A stretch of 47,421 bases of DNA, from the NCBI GenBank assembly GCA_964633675.1, contig CAZWHR010000001.1, positions 1 through 47,421 of the forward strand. The letters run 5' to 3'. The notes beneath the pieces are model-generated. The model was not told the DNA's origin. It was given only the letters and a program-made list of their open reading frames with translations, and did no database searches. A program made the position numbers and the translations under genes. This document shows positions 25,945 through 35,296 of this stretch, in pieces. Each line of letters opens with the position of its first letter. Position 1 is the first letter of the stretch. Source of the stretch: an uncultured archaeon (GTDB taxonomy: Archaea > Nanohalarchaeota > Nanosalinia > Nanosalinales > Nanoanaerosalinaceae).

Positions 25945-26886
25945 ATGATTGATGTCTGGACAGAGAAATACCGGCCGGATACACTGGAAGAAGTTATAGG
26001 CCATGAAAATATTGTCGATAGGTTGAAGGCCTTTGTAGAGAGGGAGGAACTTCCTCACATGCTTTTCTCCGGGCCTGCAGGGGTGGGGAAAACTACAAGC
26101 GCTATTGCCCTTGCCAAAGACCTGTATGGTGACAAGTGGAAGCAGAACTTCAACGAGACCAACGCCTCCGATGACCGAGGTATAGATGTGGTCAGGAACC
26201 AGATAAAGGACTTCGCCAGGACAAGACCTATAGATGCGGACTTCAAGATAATATTTCTTGATGAGGCCGATGCTTTGACATCTGACGCACAGCAGGCACT
26301 CAGGAGAACAATGGAGAAGTTTTCCAGTAGCTGTAGATTCATCCTGAGCTGTAATTACTCGTCTAAAATCATTCCTCCGATCCAGTCGCGGTGCGCAATA
26401 TTCAGGTTCAACCGGCTGGACGAACCCGATGTACAGAAATACCTTAGAAACATAGTGGGGGAAGAAGATCTGGACATAGATGAGAGCGGAGTGGCTGCAG
26501 TTGCGAAGGTATCCGGAGGAGACCTGAGAAAGGCCACCAATCTACTACAGGCAGCCTCGATCCAGGGTGGAGGGATCGACGAGGAGACCGTATTCGAGGT
26601 CTCCGCATCTCTGAAGCCTGAGGAGGTGAAGGAGATACTTATGAAGGCGCTGGAAGGAAGTTTTGTGGAGGCAAGAGAGGACCTCTCCAGCCTTATGATA
26701 GACAGAGGCATGGACGGCCTGGATATAATAAAGGCAATCCACAGAGAGGTCTACAACCTGGAAATACCTGACAGGAAGAAGCTGAAGATCATAGAGAAGA
26801 TGGGGGAGTTTGAGTTCAGGATTGTGGAGGGCGGCTCCCCTGACGTCCAGATAGAGAGTCTTCTGGCTCAAATAGGGAATCTCTAG
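25945..26886 (+). CDS. rfcS: replication factor C small subunit
   Basis: WTEKYRP, Walker A GPAGVGKTT, LDEADALT, SRC motif (IQSRCAIFRF). ATG at 25945 is preferred over the TTG at 25933. Confidence 0.9.
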   Translation: MIDVWTEKYRPDTLEEVIGHENIVDRLKAFVEREELPHMLFSGPAGVGKTTSAIALAKDLYGDKWKQNFNETNASDDRGIDVVRNQIKDFARTRPIDADFKIIFLDEADALTSDAQQALRRTMEKFSSSCRFILSCNYSSKIIPPIQSRCAIFRFNRLDEPDVQKYLRNIVGEEDLDIDESGVAAVAKVSGGDLRKATNLLQAASIQGGGIDEETVFEVSASLKPEEVKEILMKALEGSFVEAREDLSSLMIDRGMDGLDIIKAIHREVYNLEIPDRKKLKIIEKMGEFEFRIVEGGSPDVQIESLLAQIGNL

Positions 26887-26907
26887 AGAGTTCTAAGACA
26901 GGGTTCT

Positions 26908-27732
26908 TCAGTAGTCAAGTTTTTCCTCCTTACCTACTTCTGTGGAGAATTCTCTGTCGACATCTGTAAGAGAATTTGTTGTAGTTATACCCTCTGCTCG
27001 GATATTTCCGTAGTAGATATAGGTATCAAAGTCGGTTCCCTGGCTAGAATCACCTTTAATGAAGTATACCCGTGCATCTGAACTTCCGCAGTCTGTGACA
27101 TTGTAGCTAGATTCTTCAAGAGCCTCCTGATCTTTCACTATCCTTAGATCATCGCAGTTAGACTGAAGTTTCCCTTGACTCATTAGAGAATCGGTATTTA
27201 GTCTCACAGAGGTCACTATAGAGCCGTCATTGGGGCCAGTGACCCTTATTTGCCTTCTATACTCCCAGTTTATGTCCCACCATTCCTGTCCCGCCCTGCA
27301 GAGATTTGAGAACGTTGTCCTGGAGTCCAGAATGTCCATTTCAACGTTATATACCGTTCCTGAGGTGAAGTTGCCATCCATTGAGACATTGAGGAAACCT
27401 GATTCTCCGGGTTTCAGATAGTTTCCTTCCAGGGAGACCGTTCTGGAAGAGAAGTTCCTGTCCAGCCTTCCGCCCCGGTATATAAGCAGTTCTGCCTTTC
27501 CTGATTCTATGGTAGCGTTACCCTCATTTGAAAAATAGATGGAAAGATCCTGTCCGTTACAGCTTATGCTCTCTACCTCTAGCTCTTCCTCTACCGCTTC
27601 CGATAGTCTTGTTGTTATCTTCTCCTGCTGGGTGTTGAGGAAGTATATGGCACCGCTTGCTAGAGAAATCACAAGCACAAGCATTAGAACGGCAGTTATT
27701 ACTGGAGTTATACCTTTTTCTTTATTCGTCAT
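26908..27732 (-). CDS. pilin-like protein (class III signal peptide) with C-terminal DUF2341-like domain
   Basis: MTNKEKG|ITPVITAVLMLVLVISLASGAIYF (ATG 27732). The C-terminal half is WWDINWEYRRQIRV...CDDLRIV...YIYYGN, as I recall the DUF2341 signature. Confidence 0.65.
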   Translation of the reverse strand: MTNKEKGITPVITAVLMLVLVISLASGAIYFLNTQQEKITTRLSEAVEEELEVESISCNGQDLSIYFSNEGNATIESGKAELLIYRGGRLDRNFSSRTVSLEGNYLKPGESGFLNVSMDGNFTSGTVYNVEMDILDSRTTFSNLCRAGQEWWDINWEYRRQIRVTGPNDGSIVTSVRLNTDSLMSQGKLQSNCDDLRIVKDQEALEESSYNVTDCGSSDARVYFIKGDSSQGTDFDTYIYYGNIRAEGITTTNSLTDVDREFSTEVGKEEKLDY

Positions 27733-27786
27733 ATAGTGCAAATTTGGCTCTGGAGAGTTAAAAACATTTACCACCCATTTTAAGGT

Positions 27787-28995
27787 ATGTCTGGAGAGGA
27801 GATTTGGACCGAAAAATACCGGCCCGAAAGCCTTGATGAGTACAGAGGCAAGTCCAAGACTGTTGAAAAGGTTCTGGACTGGGTGAAGAACTGGGACAAC
27901 AGAAAATCAAAGGCACTGCTTCTCCATGGCCCTCCCGGATCCGGAAAGACAGTCCTGGCGGAACTTGTAGCCGAAAAGCTAGGAATGGAGATATTTGAGA
28001 CCAATGCCTCGGAAGTTAGGACGAAAAAGGCCCTGAAGGCTAAGGTGGAGAAGGCAGTACAGCAGAAGTCCTTCACAGGCAAGAACAAGCTCATACTTGT
28101 GGACGAGGTCGATGGGATGACCGCTCAGGACAGGGGAGGTAAGTCGGAGATTACAAAGATAATCGACAAGTCCAGATTCCCGGTAATAATGACTGCGAAC
28201 GACGCCTATGAGACCTCCAAATCCATAAGGAGGAAGAGCAAGATGGTTGATGTAGGAAAAATCCATACCAACTCCATTACATCTATATTAAAGGACATAG
28301 CTAACAAGGAAGATCTGGACTATGAGGACAAGGCTATAAAGGCAATAGCAAGGCGCGCGAACGGAGATCTGAGATCGGCTATCAACGACCTAGAATCGGT
28401 AGCTGAGAAACATGACAGACTGGACAGTGAGGTGGTCAAAAGCATAGGATATCGTGACACAGAGAAAGATATATTTGAGGCTCTGAAGATAATATTCAAA
28501 ACTGAGGACGCTGATACTGCTTCAAAAGCTCTTGATAATGTGGATGAGGATCCTGACACGGTATTTGAATGGATAAGGGAGAACATACCAGCTGAATATA
28601 GTAGAAAGGAGGATCTCTCAGAGGCTTTTGAATGTCTTTCCCTGGCAGACCTCTTCAACGGCAGGATAAGAAAGAACCAGAACTGGGGTCTCCTCAAATA
28701 CGTCTACGACCTCATGACCGTCGGAGTAGCGTTGAGTAAGGGGAGCAAATACAAGGGCTTCAATAAATATTCGTATCCTTCTAAGATAAAGATGATGGGC
28801 AGATCTAAAGCAGCAAGAAATAAGAGAGAGGAGATAAGCAAGAAGATAGGTGAAAGGCTTCACACCTCTGTATCTACTGCTACTGATAGTATACCTTTCC
28901 TCAGAGAGCTTTTCAGAGATAAGGAGTGGAAGGAAAACATATCTAGGAACTTGGGATTGACAGATAAGGAGATAGAATTCATAGAGAAGTTCTAG
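27787..28995 (+). CDS. rfcL: replication factor C large subunit
   Basis: WTEKYRP, LLHGPPGSGKT, LVDEVDGM, GDLRSAINDL; 402 aa. Confidence 0.9.
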   Translation: MSGEEIWTEKYRPESLDEYRGKSKTVEKVLDWVKNWDNRKSKALLLHGPPGSGKTVLAELVAEKLGMEIFETNASEVRTKKALKAKVEKAVQQKSFTGKNKLILVDEVDGMTAQDRGGKSEITKIIDKSRFPVIMTANDAYETSKSIRRKSKMVDVGKIHTNSITSILKDIANKEDLDYEDKAIKAIARRANGDLRSAINDLESVAEKHDRLDSEVVKSIGYRDTEKDIFEALKIIFKTEDADTASKALDNVDEDPDTVFEWIRENIPAEYSRKEDLSEAFECLSLADLFNGRIRKNQNWGLLKYVYDLMTVGVALSKGSKYKGFNKYSYPSKIKMMGRSKAARNKREEISKKIGERLHTSVSTATDSIPFLRELFRDKEWKENISRNLGLTDKEIEFIEKF

Positions 28996-29010
28996 CATAC
29001 CGAAAAGACT

Positions 29011-31347
29011 TCAGCAAACCCTGTCAGTCAGAGTGAACCTACCATCATCAAAAGATATCCGGGAGCAACCTCTATCTATCTCTATATCGGTAGCTGAACC
29101 TATATCTGAAGAAGAACCAATCACTCTCTCCATATCTGAGGCGATCTCTCGGTACTGACGTACATCAGAAACGGCCCTTGTAGGCTTCACTACATCGTCC
29201 GCTGCTCTAGCCTTCATATTTGAGAAAGCTCCGGAGGAATCCTCACTTAGACCTGCAGGAGCCCCTCCAAATATTGAGATATCTCTATTAACTTTTCCGG
29301 ATGAGATATTAGCCAAAAAAACCATATCTGTGGTTGTAACATATTGATCGCGAATTTCATTTTTTCCAAGAGCTTTCTTGTAGAACTTGACCTCGTCCAT
29401 ACTTCCATTAAATCCTCTTCCAAGATCTACTGTGTCATCCTCCTGTTTAAGATTGCCTTTTATATCTCCTGTTCCATCTATTTCTCCGTCCAGGAAGATT
29501 GACATGTTAGAGCCTCTACTGTCGTATACCATGGCTACATGATGCCACCCAAGATCTAGAGAGGATAAATCTGTCGAACCTCTTACCACATTGCCTCTTC
29601 CGCTTTCGTTTCTGAATCTTCCTTCAAGCAGTATCCTATTCGAATCCTCCACAATCTCCAGTGAAGGAGTGCTTTCAGGATACTGTACTAGGCCTACATC
29701 TCGAGTATAATCTTGGGCTGTTGCGTTAGCTTTAAACCAGAGGGAGACTGTGAAAGATCCTCCTTTGAGTTCTATTCTTGGAGATTCCTCTATAACAGCA
29801 TAACCCTTCTCAAGGTCTAGACCGAGTTCAAAACGGCCTACATCCCACTTTGATTGGTCCTCCAGTCTTCCATTGAACACACCATCGCTGCTGTTGAATA
29901 TACTGCCTCTACCTCTATCCAGAGGGAACCGGGAAGTGAATCCCTTTGGTTCATCATAGTTCAGGCTGTCACATGGCCCTTTTATCACGTGCGGTCTGAC
30001 AATATCTTCTTCAACAACCACCAGATCGCTACAGTCTTCCCTTAGATCCATCTCTCCAAGGTTGAGGGATAGATTTATAGGGTGGTTAGGTAGGAACTCT
30101 CCTGAATGATCCTCCACAGATACTTTCTTCTTGGTACTCCATCCATCAGATAGCTTAAAGCTTCCTTCTTCTTCCATTCGGGACAAACTTGCCTTCGGGG
30201 GTTCTGTGTGCCTTCTGATGGCTGATCTGCTCACTCCGCCTCTTCCAATTATATAATCTAGATAGGGAACTGTTACCTCTCTACTGGAGGATCCTAGGCC
30301 GAAGGAGAATTCTCCGCCACTAGCTTCTCCTATATATTCGTCCAGTTCAGAATCTATTCCTGTAGTATCCGTAGTCAGGATAAGGCTCTCTCTTCCAGGG
30401 TTCAGCGCTGCTATATAGGGCAGGCTTGTTCCCGATATAGTTCCGGAAAAGGTATCGCCGTTGGCATTTATAGCTTTCTGATCTGTGGTATTGGCCTCCC
30501 AGTGAGTCATCACGTTGGCGTTTGAGGCGTACCAGAGGGGAGTTGATATCGAAAGAGTTACAGGACCTTCTCTTCTTATAAATGGATTAGAATCAAATAG
30601 GCGGAAACTATTCCCTGAATCAAACTCTAGAATCGTGTATATAGGTCCTTCATCCACCTTTGTAATATCGGATCTCTCGATAATCCTTCCCTCGGGAGCA
30701 AGATCCCTCAGACCTTTCCTCCGTGCCTCTACAAAACCTTTACCGCCTTCAGCACTCCCTATCTTCAGTCTCACTAGGCTGTTCTCCAAGACCTTTTTCT
30801 CGGAATCCCACTCTAGATCCGTGTGGTATACAGGTTTCTCAATATCGCTGTTTCCGTAGTAGAGATTGTATCTATCTCCTGCAGTGTAGAGAAACCATAT
30901 CTTCGTATTTTCAGTGTTACAGGTTCCTTCCTCTATTTGGAAGGGGATCTGTCTACCATTTCTCCCGATTCTAAGGTCTTTGCAGTTTTCTCGCATTTTA
31001 CCGTCTTCTATGAGCGCTGAGGTATTAACGGTCATAGAAAGAGGATATTTGTCCAATTTTAGACCTCTAACAGCATCTATCGATATAGCGCGTCTAAATT
31101 TCCATTCCTCGCTGTACCAGAGGCTATCAAAGCTCCGGGCTACGCTTTTAAACTGGGATACAGCCACACTTGAGCTACTCTGATCGTACTCTATGTCTTG
31201 ATAATCATCCAGTATATTCATAGTTATGGAGAGAGACCCGGCTACCAGTACAACGGTTATTATGAAGAACTGCGCCTTCCTATTCCTGCAAATATCCCTG
31301 ATGCCTCTGAATATATTTCGAATGATAGGAATCACTGGAACCACCAC
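29011..31347 (-). CDS. giant pilin-like adhesin candidate (778 aa): class III signal peptide, DUF2341-like domain(s), LamG/ConA-like domain
   Basis: GTG start at 31347, with no ATG before the TM. ...NRKA|QFFIITVVLVAGSLSI. The DUF2341-like segment is WYSEEWKFRRAISI...CKDLRIG...YNLYYGN. The LamG-like segment is FTVSLWFKA...GWHHVAMVYD...SIFLDGE...FNGSMDEVKFYKKAL. Confidence 0.65.
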   Translation of the reverse strand: MVVPVIPIIRNIFRGIRDICRNRKAQFFIITVVLVAGSLSITMNILDDYQDIEYDQSSSSVAVSQFKSVARSFDSLWYSEEWKFRRAISIDAVRGLKLDKYPLSMTVNTSALIEDGKMRENCKDLRIGRNGRQIPFQIEEGTCNTENTKIWFLYTAGDRYNLYYGNSDIEKPVYHTDLEWDSEKKVLENSLVRLKIGSAEGGKGFVEARRKGLRDLAPEGRIIERSDITKVDEGPIYTILEFDSGNSFRLFDSNPFIRREGPVTLSISTPLWYASNANVMTHWEANTTDQKAINANGDTFSGTISGTSLPYIAALNPGRESLILTTDTTGIDSELDEYIGEASGGEFSFGLGSSSREVTVPYLDYIIGRGGVSRSAIRRHTEPPKASLSRMEEEGSFKLSDGWSTKKKVSVEDHSGEFLPNHPINLSLNLGEMDLREDCSDLVVVEEDIVRPHVIKGPCDSLNYDEPKGFTSRFPLDRGRGSIFNSSDGVFNGRLEDQSKWDVGRFELGLDLEKGYAVIEESPRIELKGGSFTVSLWFKANATAQDYTRDVGLVQYPESTPSLEIVEDSNRILLEGRFRNESGRGNVVRGSTDLSSLDLGWHHVAMVYDSRGSNMSIFLDGEIDGTGDIKGNLKQEDDTVDLGRGFNGSMDEVKFYKKALGKNEIRDQYVTTTDMVFLANISSGKVNRDISIFGGAPAGLSEDSSGAFSNMKARAADDVVKPTRAVSDVRQYREIASDMERVIGSSSDIGSATDIEIDRGCSRISFDDGRFTLTDRVC

Positions 31348-33485
31348 GCTGAATCCACTACATATGGTGTTGAGAATTCTCCTTGGATGTTTCCTGAATA
31401 TGTAAGTCCTGATGCTGACGAACCTATTGAAAGCGTCTCTGTGAATCTTCTTCTATCTGCAGAGGACCGCATCAGAACGGCCTTAAGCAGAGCAGTATCA
31501 TCGTCTCCCAGATCCACGTTCCCCGAGAAGAACACTTTGCCGTTCCCCTGTTGGACTCCTGAACTCTGAACGAGAGAGCCTACGCGATTTTTAACCTGTC
31601 TCTCAATATAGGTCCAGTTTGATCCGCTGGCCCTAATCCTGAATTCTACTCCATCTACATCCACCTTCTCGTTATTCTGGTGTATGCCTTCGCTGCTGTA
31701 TCCTGATCCTGTCCCGAGTTCGCTGTCGTTGAACCTGTTGTTGCGGTTGAAATCAAAGTTGAAATATTCAAAATTATTGTCACAGGAGGAATCTCTGTTT
31801 GTAGCTAGAACCGAGTATTCTATCCCTCTAAAGGAGAAACTCCCATTGAAATAATTGTTGCTAGAGTCACAGTTTGTGTCTGGAGCTCCAGAAGGTCTAT
31901 CTATACTCTTCAAAGACACATTAAAGCTACCTGCCTCTTTGTCCCATCTCCATCCGGGCATGTATAGTATGTTCCTCTCTCCTATAATCTTACCCCCGTG
32001 GAAATCTCTAAAACTGTAGTCCGCAGATGCTGAGAGCTTTAGGGGATATGCATCTTTCACAGTGTAGAGGTTCCCTGTTACTGAAACTTTTTCCCCTTTT
32101 CTCAATTCTTCTACCTCCGATCTGTCTGTCTGTATCTCTACAATATCTTCCTGGGAGGAATTTACAGTCACATTCTGGCCTCTGAGGCTCATGTTAGCTA
32201 CTGCATATTCCCAGTTACTTTCCTTCGGATGGAAGCTATAACGGGATTGATCTACAGAGATATCTATAGAGCTGTAGTAGTCTCTAGTTAATTCCCCAAT
32301 TTCCTCTGAGCTGAACCTGTTAACATCTAATCCTCTATCAAGAGGTAGATCCCTCCATTTTAGGCCTATATCATTCTGTAGGCTGCCTTCAAATCTGTCT
32401 ATGTCCCAGTCCTGTAGATCAAGCATCTCTATGAGAACATTGTCTTGAGAAAGGAACGATTTTATAGTCTCATTATGTATATCAAGAAGTTTGGGAGGCA
32501 CATCCTTTGCCAGAAGGATGTCAGAATCTATGCGGTTGGTTGGAACAGCTTTGAAAGGCATAATACTATCTATGCTGTATACTCCGCCCATTAGTACCGC
32601 TATATCTCTCTCGTTATAGCTAGGAGTTAATCTTGAAGAGATGTTGAAACGCACAGAACTGTTGCGGTTCACCGCTATTATACCTATATCCACGCCGTTC
32701 ATCTCTTCTTTAGTCTTCCAAGTTGCACCGTCTTGCTGGAAATCACTCTCTTCTTTATCTATTTCTGGCCTGAGCTCCTGCGCACTATATGATAGATCTG
32801 TTTTGAAGGAACCGGCAGTTATTGAATCCGAGTCTACAATATTTTCATAGCTTTCCATACTGTAAAGGGTCAAAGTGTCGTTCATATATCCTATATAGAA
32901 TTTACCACATCTCTCGTTTAGGCATGCATCTAATGTGTCTCCAAAAACATAGGTGCCTTCTCTGGCGCCCTCTACTACCGAACTATAGTTTCCATCCTCA
33001 TTAAGATCGAAGCTCACTGCATTGTAAACCGTTTTCCCGTCCGGTTGGGCGTCTGAGAGCACAAAAGAGGTTCCAAGTATCTCTCCAGATCTATAGACTG
33101 AATATGGCTCTGGAAGACCGTCTGATGCATTGAGGGATGAGTTGACCTGACTACCTGCTCTGTATATGTCGGAGTCGTTCATGAGGAGGGAGACGGATAC
33201 GCTTGATGCAGGAACACCGCTTACGTACATAGAATAGGACATTCCTGTTTCCATGGAATTAGATATGCCTGAGATAATTTCCGGACTGTACCTAGCTACT
33301 GATTTGTCAAGCCACCCTGCACGGGATAGGGATTCAAGGAAATCGCTGGATCTCTTTGATATAGCAGTATTGCTCCAGTCCGTAGGGGAGGGTGCAGATA
33401 TGATGCTGCCAATATATATTAGAACAAGCAGACTGGCTATAACTCCCTCTATAGCGTACATGTATCCTTTCCTTTTCATATACAT
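31332..33485 (-). CDS. large pilin-like protein (717 aa), no recognisable globular domain
   Basis: ATG start. MYMKRKG|YMYAIEGVIASLLVLIYIGSII. Overlaps the downstream gene by 16 nt. Confidence 0.6.
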   Translation of the reverse strand: MYMKRKGYMYAIEGVIASLLVLIYIGSIISAPSPTDWSNTAISKRSSDFLESLSRAGWLDKSVARYSPEIISGISNSMETGMSYSMYVSGVPASSVSVSLLMNDSDIYRAGSQVNSSLNASDGLPEPYSVYRSGEILGTSFVLSDAQPDGKTVYNAVSFDLNEDGNYSSVVEGAREGTYVFGDTLDACLNERCGKFYIGYMNDTLTLYSMESYENIVDSDSITAGSFKTDLSYSAQELRPEIDKEESDFQQDGATWKTKEEMNGVDIGIIAVNRNSSVRFNISSRLTPSYNERDIAVLMGGVYSIDSIMPFKAVPTNRIDSDILLAKDVPPKLLDIHNETIKSFLSQDNVLIEMLDLQDWDIDRFEGSLQNDIGLKWRDLPLDRGLDVNRFSSEEIGELTRDYYSSIDISVDQSRYSFHPKESNWEYAVANMSLRGQNVTVNSSQEDIVEIQTDRSEVEELRKGEKVSVTGNLYTVKDAYPLKLSASADYSFRDFHGGKIIGERNILYMPGWRWDKEAGSFNVSLKSIDRPSGAPDTNCDSSNNYFNGSFSFRGIEYSVLATNRDSSCDNNFEYFNFDFNRNNRFNDSELGTGSGYSSEGIHQNNEKVDVDGVEFRIRASGSNWTYIERQVKNRVGSLVQSSGVQQGNGKVFFSGNVDLGDDDTALLKAVLMRSSADRRRFTETLSIGSSASGLTYSGNIQGEFSTPYVVDSAWWFQ

Positions 33486-33502
33486 CTACCCTTTCTCTTT
33501 TC

Positions 33503-34351
33503 CTAACCCCAGAACCTCATCTCTATCTTTATGGGGTTTTCCCTGATGTTTGAAAACCGGTTTACCTCTGTGACCCTATCTGCATCTTCCGGAGACCTCC
33601 TTCCCAGTCTACCCATAACTCTTACGAGCCCTACGACTTTTCCTTCCGATGCTACTATCCCCGAACTTCTCCCTTCAAACCTGTAGTTCCTGTCTCCGAA
33701 CTTCACTATCTGTGTGTCTGTGATTCCTAATGGCCCAATATCTGCAGCTTCGCTAAAGTCCCAGTCATCGCTGATATATACTTCATCGTAGCTACCGTTG
33801 TGCGATGTTACTAGGAATCTCTTTGAGTTTCCTTTGATAGATTTGGAACCATAATGTATTTCGGCATCCGCTGAATCATATGAGTCGTTGTCTGGAGCCT
33901 GGAAAGCAGAGGTCTCCGGAGGAGAGTTTGGCTTTCTGAAGCTCTTGTAGGTGTCCACAAAGGCGAATTCGGTTACCTGTAGGTTGAACTCCTTATCTGT
34001 CTTTAACAATCTTTTTATATCGCTGTAGTGGGAATTTAGTAGCGTTTTTATCTTCTCTCTGCTCAGCCCATCCTTTTCCGACTCAAGCCCTATAGTCTTT
34101 ATCTCCTTCAGAGCGTCCGGATCGCTTATATGTTTATGCCATTCTGTGCTTCTCTTGCTTTTGTTCTTCCAGAAGCCTGTGTCTTCCACTAGTTGAGTCG
34201 AGATAGACCATGCGGTTATCTCCAGCCTGTTTTGTCCTATTCCCTGCGAGAACTGCGGTATGGTGTTGAGGGCTGAGGTCACTATGAAGACGATCGATAG
34301 GAAGAACAGGAGGGCGCCCCCCATGTAATCTATATATATCTGTCCTTTCAA
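33503..34351 (-). CDS. pilin-like or N-terminally anchored protein (282 aa)
   Basis: The TTG start at 34351 (GGGTGA upstream) gives MKG|QIYIDYMGGALLFFLSIVFIV. If the ATG at codon 10 is used instead, it is a plain N-terminal TM protein. Confidence 0.5.
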   Translation of the reverse strand: MKGQIYIDYMGGALLFFLSIVFIVTSALNTIPQFSQGIGQNRLEITAWSISTQLVEDTGFWKNKSKRSTEWHKHISDPDALKEIKTIGLESEKDGLSREKIKTLLNSHYSDIKRLLKTDKEFNLQVTEFAFVDTYKSFRKPNSPPETSAFQAPDNDSYDSADAEIHYGSKSIKGNSKRFLVTSHNGSYDEVYISDDWDFSEAADIGPLGITDTQIVKFGDRNYRFEGRSSGIVASEGKVVGLVRVMGRLGRRSPEDADRVTEVNRFSNIRENPIKIEMRFWG

Positions 34352-34357
34352 AGCGGC

Positions 34358-35281
34358 TCACCCTAGTATTACCATTATTCCTATGTATATTACGGTGCCT
34401 AGAGGAACCATAAGCATTGAATGTTTGAATCCAGAAGCCACCTTACCAGATCCTATCTCTCCTGCAACTAGTCCATTGAAGAATCCCTGAACCAGAAGCA
34501 TAAGGAAGAAAAGGGATTTGTAGTAGCACAGCTTTGAGGTGGGATCGGAGTCAAGCCCCAGAGCAGGGCACAGACTGCATATATGTTCCGTTATAGTGCC
34601 CGAAGTACAGAAGTTAGGTGGTGTACCGATAAATCCTCCGCCTCCTATATCTAGTAGAGGGGTCATGACGTTAAAAAGAGCTATAAGTATACCTATAAAC
34701 AGGAAGAATATCGCATATATTATATACACCTGCTGCTGCAGGACAGCCTTCCTCTCTTTTTCTGCTTCCTTTATGGAAGATATATTTCTGGCTACAGAAT
34801 CTAGAGTTTCGGATACATCACCTCCTGATTCGTAAGACTGCATTATGATAGATATAGATCTCCTTACTAGGTCGGATTCTTTTAATCTGTCCCTGAGTCT
34901 GGTCATAACTTCCGGGAAAGGTATATCCCAGGAGAGTTGCTTTGAGGCTTTCTCAATTGAGGGATTTAGCCTGCCGTAATCAGTCTTTGTGGCGTTCATA
35001 AATGCTTCTGGCAGAGACATCCCGGATTTCCTGGATTCTGACAGATTTCTTAAGAAGCCTGGGAACTCCCTCTCTATTTCCCGGTACTTCTTGTTCTTGA
35101 AATAGATGTATATTCCGTAGGGGGTAAAGGATCCTATTATTGCTGCCAGGGTTAGTGCCCCTCCTACTGCCTTGTCTACCGAGATATATATGAAGACTGC
35201 TATAATTAGAAGCAACCCTCCAGCTCCAAATGAGGCGTACTCAACCTTCTGCGTGGTTGTAAGATCGCTTAACCATGACAT
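34358..35281 (-). CDS. type IV filament platform protein, TadC/FlaJ-half-like (single T2SSF domain)
   Basis: 307 aa. N-terminal TMs, a cytoplasmic helical domain (FPGFLRNLSESRKSGMSLPEAF...MQSYESGGDVSETLDSVA), then C-terminal TMs. Confidence 0.75.
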   Translation of the reverse strand: MSWLSDLTTTQKVEYASFGAGGLLLIIAVFIYISVDKAVGGALTLAAIIGSFTPYGIYIYFKNKKYREIEREFPGFLRNLSESRKSGMSLPEAFMNATKTDYGRLNPSIEKASKQLSWDIPFPEVMTRLRDRLKESDLVRRSISIIMQSYESGGDVSETLDSVARNISSIKEAEKERKAVLQQQVYIIYAIFFLFIGILIALFNVMTPLLDIGGGGFIGTPPNFCTSGTITEHICSLCPALGLDSDPTSKLCYYKSLFFLMLLVQGFFNGLVAGEIGSGKVASGFKHSMLMVPLGTVIYIGIMVILG

Positions 35282-35296
35282 AGTGTATCTACCTTG

